From IMG/VR virus record IMGVR_UViG_3300022602_000001: a stretch of 64,000 nucleotides of DNA; one strand, given 5' to 3'. The translations under genes were made by a program, and so were the position numbers. The notes under the pieces are model-generated. The model was not told the origin of the DNA, did not search any database, and saw nothing but the letters and a program-made list of their open reading frames with translations. How positions within the stretch are numbered: the first letter of the stretch is position 1; each line of letters begins with the position of its first letter. This DNA is from a virus. Positions 58,265-64,000 of this stretch are shown here, piece after piece.

Positions 58265-59332
58265 ATGGCAAAAGCACTAACAAATAAAATAGCAACGGCT
58301 ATAAAGACAGAATTCAACCTTGAAAAATTCAAGACGTCAAAGAACCTCTCGTCGTCTTCTGTGAAGTTCAAGGACACAAAGTGGATTCCTCTGTCTCCTG
58401 CTTTTCAGGAAGCTCTGCAGATACCTGGAATTCCAATTGGGCACATAACTCTGCTGAGGGGACACTCGGACACGGGCAAAACCACAGCACTTCTGGAGAC
58501 GGCAGTGCAGGCGCAGAAGATGAACATACTCCCAGTATTCATAATCACCGAGATGAAGTGGAGCTGGGACCACGCAAGGGAGATGGGGCTTAAGTTCGAG
58601 GAGGTGCCAAACGAGGATGGAGTGGTTGCGGACTACTCGGGGTTCTTCATCTATGTGGATAGGGAAAAGTTAAACTGCATAGAGGACGTGTCAGCCTTCA
58701 TACTGGACATTCTGGACGAGCAGAAGAGGGGAAACCTTCCGTACGACCTGTGCTTCTTGTGGGACTCCGTAGGCTCCATACCTTGCAGGATGTCCATAGA
58801 GAAGTCGACCAACAACAACGAGTGGAACGCAGGAGCAATGTCTCAGCAGTTTGGGAACTTTGTCAACCAAAAAATAGTGATGTCCAGAAAGGAGAGCCAG
58901 CCCCACACAAACACCATGGTTGCGATCAACAAGGTGTGGGTGGCCAAGCCAGAGCACATAATGGGCCAGCCAAAGATGAAGAACAAGGGCGGGGACACGA
59001 TGTTCTTTGACTCCAGCCTGATAATAACGTTCGGCAACGTGACGAACTCAGGTACCAATAAAATAAAGGCCACAAAAAATGGAAAGGAGGTCGAATTTGC
59101 AAAGAGGACAAAGCTCTCCTGCGACAAGAACCACATAACCGGCGTGACCGCAACGAACAAGCTGATAATGACAGTCCATGGATTCATTGAGGACAAGCCA
59201 TCCGCACTGGAAAAGTACAAAAAGCAATACTCCAACCAGTGGCTCCAAGTGCTGGGGTCTACAGACTTTGACCTTGTTGAGGAGCAGGACGCAGATGCAA
59301 AGGACATTTTTGACTCATCAGACTCAGAGTAA
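58265..59332 (+). CDS. RecA/UvsX-like recombinase
   Basis: GIPIGHI, GHSDTGKT Walker A, WDSVGS, KGG, KNH. Confidence 0.85.
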   Translation: MAKALTNKIATAIKTEFNLEKFKTSKNLSSSSVKFKDTKWIPLSPAFQEALQIPGIPIGHITLLRGHSDTGKTTALLETAVQAQKMNILPVFIITEMKWSWDHAREMGLKFEEVPNEDGVVADYSGFFIYVDREKLNCIEDVSAFILDILDEQKRGNLPYDLCFLWDSVGSIPCRMSIEKSTNNNEWNAGAMSQQFGNFVNQKIVMSRKESQPHTNTMVAINKVWVAKPEHIMGQPKMKNKGGDTMFFDSSLIITFGNVTNSGTNKIKATKNGKEVEFAKRTKLSCDKNHITGVTATNKLIMTVHGFIEDKPSALEKYKKQYSNQWLQVLGSTDFDLVEEQDADAKDIFDSSDSE

Positions 59333-60363
59333 TGGAAGACAGACACAAAAAAATGATGGAATTCCTTGGAAAGGAGGACCAGAGCAAAAAAGCAGCACCC
59401 TTAAAAATAAACGATCGGGTGCTCATAGTGGACTCGCTGAACTCCTTCATAAGGTCTTTCACAATAATAAACCACGTAAACAAGTACGGAATCCACATAG
59501 GGGGACTCTCTGGATACTTGAAGTCGCTGGGGTACGCTATAAATTTGGTGAGGCCAACTAGGGTGATGCTGGTTTTCGACGGCCAGGGAGGGTCTACCAA
59601 CAAGAGGTACCTCTACCCTGAGTACAAGGCGAACAGAGGGTACAGGAGGGTGACCAACTGGGAGCTGTTTGACAACCAGGAGCAGGAAGCAGAGTCCATA
59701 ACCAACCAAATACTGAGGCTGATAGACTACCTGAAGTGCCTCCCCGTCGACCTGCTGTCAATAGACAAGATAGAGGCGGACGACGTGATTGGGTGCCTGT
59801 GCAACAATCTTCAAGGAGAGGTGACCATAGTTTCCAGCGACAGGGACTATCTGCAGTTGGTCAACGACAGGGTCTGCGTATACTCACCAGTGAAGAAGAA
59901 GTTCTACGAGCCAAAGGACGTACTGAAAGAGTATGGAGTGACTCCACAGAATTTTCTGATGCAGAAGGTCATAACCGGCGATGCAGGAGACAACGTTCCA
60001 GGAGTCAAGGGAATAGGGCAAAAGACCCTTTTAAAGCACTACCCCGAACTGTCGGAACAGGAAGTGTACACTCTAGACGAGATGTTGAACAAGGCAAAGT
60101 CAAACAGCGCAAGTGCCTACAAAAAGATAGTTGCTTTTGAGAGCCAGCTCAGGATAAACGAAAAGCTGATGGACCTTAAAAAGGTGAACATACCGGAGGA
60201 TTCAATGTTGGTGATAGAGGAGGTTCTGAGCAGCCCAAATAAGCTGTTCAGGCCAAAGGAGTTTGCGGAGCTGTACGAGGAGGACGACCTAGGAAAGAGC
60301 ATAAACAACCTGCAGTTGTGGCTGTTTGAAAAGTTCCATGCTCTGTCAAAATACGAACAATAA
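59332..60363 (+). CDS. 5'-3' exonuclease / RNase H (PolI N-terminal-like)
   Basis: LIVDS.N, VFDG, YKANR, EADD, SSDRD, GDAGDNVPGVKGIG. Confidence 0.92.
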   Translation: MEDRHKKMMEFLGKEDQSKKAAPLKINDRVLIVDSLNSFIRSFTIINHVNKYGIHIGGLSGYLKSLGYAINLVRPTRVMLVFDGQGGSTNKRYLYPEYKANRGYRRVTNWELFDNQEQEAESITNQILRLIDYLKCLPVDLLSIDKIEADDVIGCLCNNLQGEVTIVSSDRDYLQLVNDRVCVYSPVKKKFYEPKDVLKEYGVTPQNFLMQKVITGDAGDNVPGVKGIGQKTLLKHYPELSEQEVYTLDEMLNKAKSNSASAYKKIVAFESQLRINEKLMDLKKVNIPEDSMLVIEEVLSSPNKLFRPKEFAELYEEDDLGKSINNLQLWLFEKFHALSKYEQ

Positions 60364-60379
60364 AAAAAACAAAAAAGTT

Positions 60380-60844
60380 ATGTACCAAGAAGTATACGGA
60401 GACCTGATTAAATTGACAAAAGACGGGCATTTTGACGTCATTACCCACGGTTGCAATTGCATGTGCAAAATGGGAGCAGGGATTGCTCCACAGATGGCCA
60501 GAGCATTTGGATGCAACGGATACCCACTGGAAGAATTATCAACAGAGGGAGACATGGACAAATTGGGAAGGATCGACTGGAAGTACTACCCAATCTCTCC
60601 CAATAAAAGCGTAGCGGTGGTAAACTCTTACACACAGTACTCTCCAGCGCCATGGCTTAAGCCGTTGGACTACGAAGCGCTGACGCTCTGCATGAGAAAA
60701 ATCAATCACGCATTCAAGGGAAAACATGTTGGACTTCCGCAAATAGGTGCCGGCCTGGCAGGAGGAGATTGGGAAAGGATCAAACAAATAATACAAACGG
60801 AATTGAAGGACTGTAACACAACAGTTGTCATATTCAAAAAATAA
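60380..60844 (+). CDS. Macrodomain (ADP-ribose-processing) protein
   Basis: GDL, HGCNC..MGAGIA, YTQY, PQIGAGLAGGDW. Confidence 0.88.
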   Translation: MYQEVYGDLIKLTKDGHFDVITHGCNCMCKMGAGIAPQMARAFGCNGYPLEELSTEGDMDKLGRIDWKYYPISPNKSVAVVNSYTQYSPAPWLKPLDYEALTLCMRKINHAFKGKHVGLPQIGAGLAGGDWERIKQIIQTELKDCNTTVVIFKK

Positions 60845-60849
60845 AAATA

Positions 60850-61641
60850 ATGCCAGTACTGAACACGTTGCAGAGTTATGGAAATGGTTTCCAAATAAAA
60901 GTGCTGTCCAGCCTATTGAAGCACAAGGAGTTTTTGCAAAACGTCAACGACATACTCAGCACAGACATGTTTGACTCCCCTGCGCACAAGTGGATAGTGT
61001 CCGAGACGCTCAGGTACTACCACAAGTACCACACGACCCCAACCATGGAGTCGCTTCAGGTGGAAGTAAAAAAGATCGACAACGAGATTCTTAAAGTGGG
61101 AGTAATAGACCAGCTCAAGGAGTCCTTGAAGGCAATAAACGACGACAGGGAGTACATAGAGCAGGAGTTTGCAAACTTTTGCAGAAACCAACAGTTGAAG
61201 AACGCAATACTTGAGTCGGTTAAGCTCCTTGAGAAGGGCGAGTACGAGGACATAAGGAGCATAATAAACACGGCCGCAAAGGCCGGTCAGGACAAGACGA
61301 TAGGCCACGAGTACGAAAAGGACCTGGAGACCCGCTACAGGCAGGAGCAGAGGTCGCCTATTCCCACTGCATGGCCCCAGGTGAACGAGCTGCTAATGGG
61401 AGGGCTTGGAGTGGGAGACCTAGGAATCATATTTGGAAATCCTGGAGGCGGAAAGTGCATTGGGCCTAACTCCATAGTAGAAATAGAGTACGAAGAAATA
61501 GGCGTCGATGTGAACAACAACGGAAAGACAACGACCATTTGGTTTGATTCTTTTGCTGAGTTCAACATAGACGGAACGCACATGTGGGGGCACGAAGTAA
61601 AAAAGTTCTTTGAATTTGTTGAGGCCCAAAAATTAAATTAA
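60850..61641 (+). CDS. Replicative helicase (DnaB/gp41-like) N-fragment + split N-intein
   Basis: GGLGVGDLGIIFGNPGGGK|CIGPNSIVEI; intein begins at 61456 within the P-loop; stop after 61 aa. Confidence 0.88.
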   Translation: MPVLNTLQSYGNGFQIKVLSSLLKHKEFLQNVNDILSTDMFDSPAHKWIVSETLRYYHKYHTTPTMESLQVEVKKIDNEILKVGVIDQLKESLKAINDDREYIEQEFANFCRNQQLKNAILESVKLLEKGEYEDIRSIINTAAKAGQDKTIGHEYEKDLETRYRQEQRSPIPTAWPQVNELLMGGLGVGDLGIIFGNPGGGKCIGPNSIVEIEYEEIGVDVNNNGKTTTIWFDSFAEFNIDGTHMWGHEVKKFFEFVEAQKLN

Positions 61642-61651
61642 AAAGTTACAT

Positions 61652-62830
61652 ATGCTAAAGACCAGAAAAGTCCAGAGAAAAATTTCAATGGAAAATTTGT
61701 TCATGAAGTTGGCAATAGATCCCAGACCAAACAATGTTAGGCTGATTGATTTTCCCCTAAAGGTGAAGACTCCCCACGGCTACAAACAAATAGTCAATTT
61801 GTTCACCACTGAAAAACAAAAGAGGGTCACAACCTACTTCTCAAATGGAAAAACTCTGACCAGTTCAAACCAGCACTTGCTAAAAGTGGGAGAGGAGTGG
61901 AAAAAAGTCGAAGAGCTGCACAAGGGAGACTATGTGACAACAGAAAAGGGAACAACAAAAATAACAAAAAAAGTGCACCTCAAGAATGACAAAGTCCTCT
62001 ACGACATGTCCGTTGACGAGGTCCACTGTTATTATTCAAACGGGTTGCTCTCGCACAACTCCTGGTGTTTGATAAATTTGGGAGCAGCAGCAGTTAAGGC
62101 GGGATACACGGTCTGCCACTACACTCTTGAACTGTCGGAGGACTACGTTGGAAAGAGGTATGACGCCATATTTACGGGAATTGATGCTCAGCAGATACAC
62201 CTACACAAGGACAAGGTGGCCGAAGCAATAGAAAAGCTTCCCGGAAAGCTGATCATAAAAGAGTACCCCATGGGAAAGGTTGGACCAAACACCATTGAGT
62301 CCCACATTCAGAAGTGCAGAGACCTCAAGCACCCTCCCAATCTCGTTATAATAGACTACGTGGACCTTTTGAAGAGCAAAACAAGGTCCATAGATCCAAA
62401 GGACGCCATAGATGACGTGTACACTGCGGTGAAGGGGCTGGCAAGAGAGCTAAAAATACCAATATGGACCGTTTCCCAGGTTAATCGCATGGGTTCTAAG
62501 GACGATGTTATTGAGGGAGACAAGGCTGCAGGATCCTACAACAAGATGATGATCGCGGACTTTGCCATGTCTTTGTCAAGAAAACGTCAGGACAAGGTGA
62601 ACGGCACTGGCAGGATCCACATAATGAAGAACAGGTACGGTGGAGATGGAATGACGTACGGTGCAAGAGTAAACACTCATAACGGATCGATTGAAATAAA
62701 CAGCGAAGAAATTGGAGATGAAGATTTAACATTTGACACTGGCCAAAAACAGCCCTTTCAGGGAAAAACAATGTTCACCCTGGACGAGAAGAGCTACCTG
62801 AACAAAAAATTCACAGAGCTGATTGGCTAG
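61652..62830 (+). CDS. 136-aa split C-intein + helicase C-fragment
   Basis: SSNQH block B; YYSNGLLSHN|SW junction at 62059/62060; TLEL, IIDYVD, SQVNR, KNRYG. Confidence 0.88.
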   Translation: MLKTRKVQRKISMENLFMKLAIDPRPNNVRLIDFPLKVKTPHGYKQIVNLFTTEKQKRVTTYFSNGKTLTSSNQHLLKVGEEWKKVEELHKGDYVTTEKGTTKITKKVHLKNDKVLYDMSVDEVHCYYSNGLLSHNSWCLINLGAAAVKAGYTVCHYTLELSEDYVGKRYDAIFTGIDAQQIHLHKDKVAEAIEKLPGKLIIKEYPMGKVGPNTIESHIQKCRDLKHPPNLVIIDYVDLLKSKTRSIDPKDAIDDVYTAVKGLARELKIPIWTVSQVNRMGSKDDVIEGDKAAGSYNKMMIADFAMSLSRKRQDKVNGTGRIHIMKNRYGGDGMTYGARVNTHNGSIEINSEEIGDEDLTFDTGQKQPFQGKTMFTLDEKSYLNKKFTELIG

Positions 62831-62885
62831 AGGAGAGGCAATTTTCTGAGGGTAGATCATATTTATTACAACAAAACAAACTCGC

Positions 62886-63092
62886 ATGTTTTTAATAGAC
62901 ATATTCAAAAAAGCAACAAAGGGCGACGCCTTCAGGCCGTCAGCCTCACCGGACAGATACACAGACAAGATCGCTGCCATGAACTCTGGAGGATCTGCCA
63001 CACAGAACAACAACAAGATCACCACTCCAAATTTGGCCAAAATATCGAATTCTTCTCCTGGCAACAGCGCAGGAATTCTGCCTTCGGCCTAA
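62886..63092 (+). CDS. Small late hypothetical protein
   Basis: 68 aa; ATATTTAT at 62859 and A-rich leader. Confidence 0.6.
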   Translation: MFLIDIFKKATKGDAFRPSASPDRYTDKIAAMNSGGSATQNNNKITTPNLAKISNSSPGNSAGILPSA

Positions 63093-63183
63093 TTTTTGAA
63101 TTTTAATCTACTGTCAACCGTCAATGGGTGCCAAAAGCAGACCAAACGGTTATCTATTTTTCTTAACTAAAAAATTATTTTAA

Positions 63184-64000
63184 ATGTCAGTTTTTGACAA
63201 GAGGATAGCGTTTAAGCCATTTGAGTATCCTGAACTGTACGATTTTGTAGATGCAATAAATCACAGCTATTGGATCCATACAGAGTACTCCTACGAGTCG
63301 GACATTCAGGACTTCCACGTGAACCTGAACGACGTGGAAAAGAACGCAGTGAAGAATGCCATGCTGGCAATATCCCAAATTGAAATAAATGTAAAGAGGT
63401 TTTGGAGCAATCTGTACACTCAGTTTCCCAAGCCGGAGTTTGATGCTCTTGGAAACACCTTTGGGGAGTCAGAGGTGAGGCACAGCCGGGCGTACAGCCA
63501 CGTGCTGGAGCTGCTTGGGTTCAACAACGCATTCGACGAGATGATCGACAATCCAGTGATTCAGGGAAGGATCGACTACCTGACTAAGTACCTAAAAAAT
63601 GCAGGGTCAAACAACAAGGAGCTGTACACGCTCACGCTGGCCCTTTTTTCTTTGTTTGTTGAGAACTGCTCCCTGTTCAGCCAATTTTACATCATAAAGT
63701 CATTCAACAAGCAGAAAAACACGTTCAAAGGAATCGACAACGTCATAGCTGCAACCATGAAAGAGGAAAAGCTCCATGGAATGGCAGGCGCATACATCAT
63801 AAACCTAATAAGGAAGGAGAATCCAGAGTGGTTCAACGAGGACTTTTTTAAGACTGTGGAAAGGGCGTGCAAAAAGGCCTACGCAGCAGAGGAAAAAATA
63901 ATAGACTGGATCTTTGAACTGGGAGAATTGACTTTTTTGTCCAAAAAAAATGTCCTAGAATTCACAAAGAACAGGTTCAATGAGTCGCTAAAGATGATAG
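63184..64000 (+). CDS. nrdB: Class I ribonucleotide reductase beta subunit (partial, runs off window end)
   Basis: Manual translation MSVFDKRIAFKPFEYP...SYWIHTE...ISQIE...ESEVRHSRAYS...ENCSLFSQF...EEKLH. Confidence 0.9.
   Translation, partial: MSVFDKRIAFKPFEYPELYDFVDAINHSYWIHTEYSYESDIQDFHVNLNDVEKNAVKNAMLAISQIEINVKRFWSNLYTQFPKPEFDALGNTFGESEVRHSRAYSHVLELLGFNNAFDEMIDNPVIQGRIDYLTKYLKNAGSNNKELYTLTLALFSLFVENCSLFSQFYIIKSFNKQKNTFKGIDNVIAATMKEEKLHGMAGAYIINLIRKENPEWFNEDFFKTVERACKKAYAAEEKIIDWIFELGELTFLSKKNVLEFTKNRFNESLKMI

Noticed and set aside
1931-63872. Numerous minus-strand and overlapping short ORFs in the track
   Set aside because: They are shadows of strongly supported plus-strand genes, with no motifs or leaders
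1-64000. tRNA, rRNA, integrase or transposase genes
   Set aside because: None recognisable by eye; intergenic spaces are short. tRNAscan-SE and Infernal would be needed to exclude small RNAs

Overview
A 64-kb segment of a large, T4-like contractile-tailed phage, with no cellular genes. The host is probably Bacteroidota (inference: A-rich leaders without Shine-Dalgarno sites and one TAnnTTTG motif). A short leftward block (HD hydrolase, glutaredoxin) and an AT-rich palindromic divergence point precede one long rightward run. That run holds primase, an Mre11-Rad50 (gp47-gp46) fusion, a ~10-kb cluster of probable capsid-packaged proteins, terminase, portal, prohead protease, scaffold, major capsid, PhoH, neck, fibre, sheath, tube, chaperone, tape measure, baseplate, then a small PolA, SSB, RecA, 5' nuclease, macrodomain, helicase and the start of RNR beta. 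Most notable is a family of five dispersed LRR cassettes with constant N- and C-caps, 4-9 variable 20-aa repeats, visible repeat-level mosaicism between paralogues and L-x-E putative prohead-protease tags, suggesting a diversifying panel of virion-delivered binders. There are also two atypically split inteins (terminase and helicase), two cis inteins in the portal, a probable +1 frameshift in the tail chaperone, a recurrent ATATTTAT late-promoter motif, and an endonuclease gene flanked by a duplicated 26-bp terminator. All calls come from motif recognition by eye; no database searches were run.
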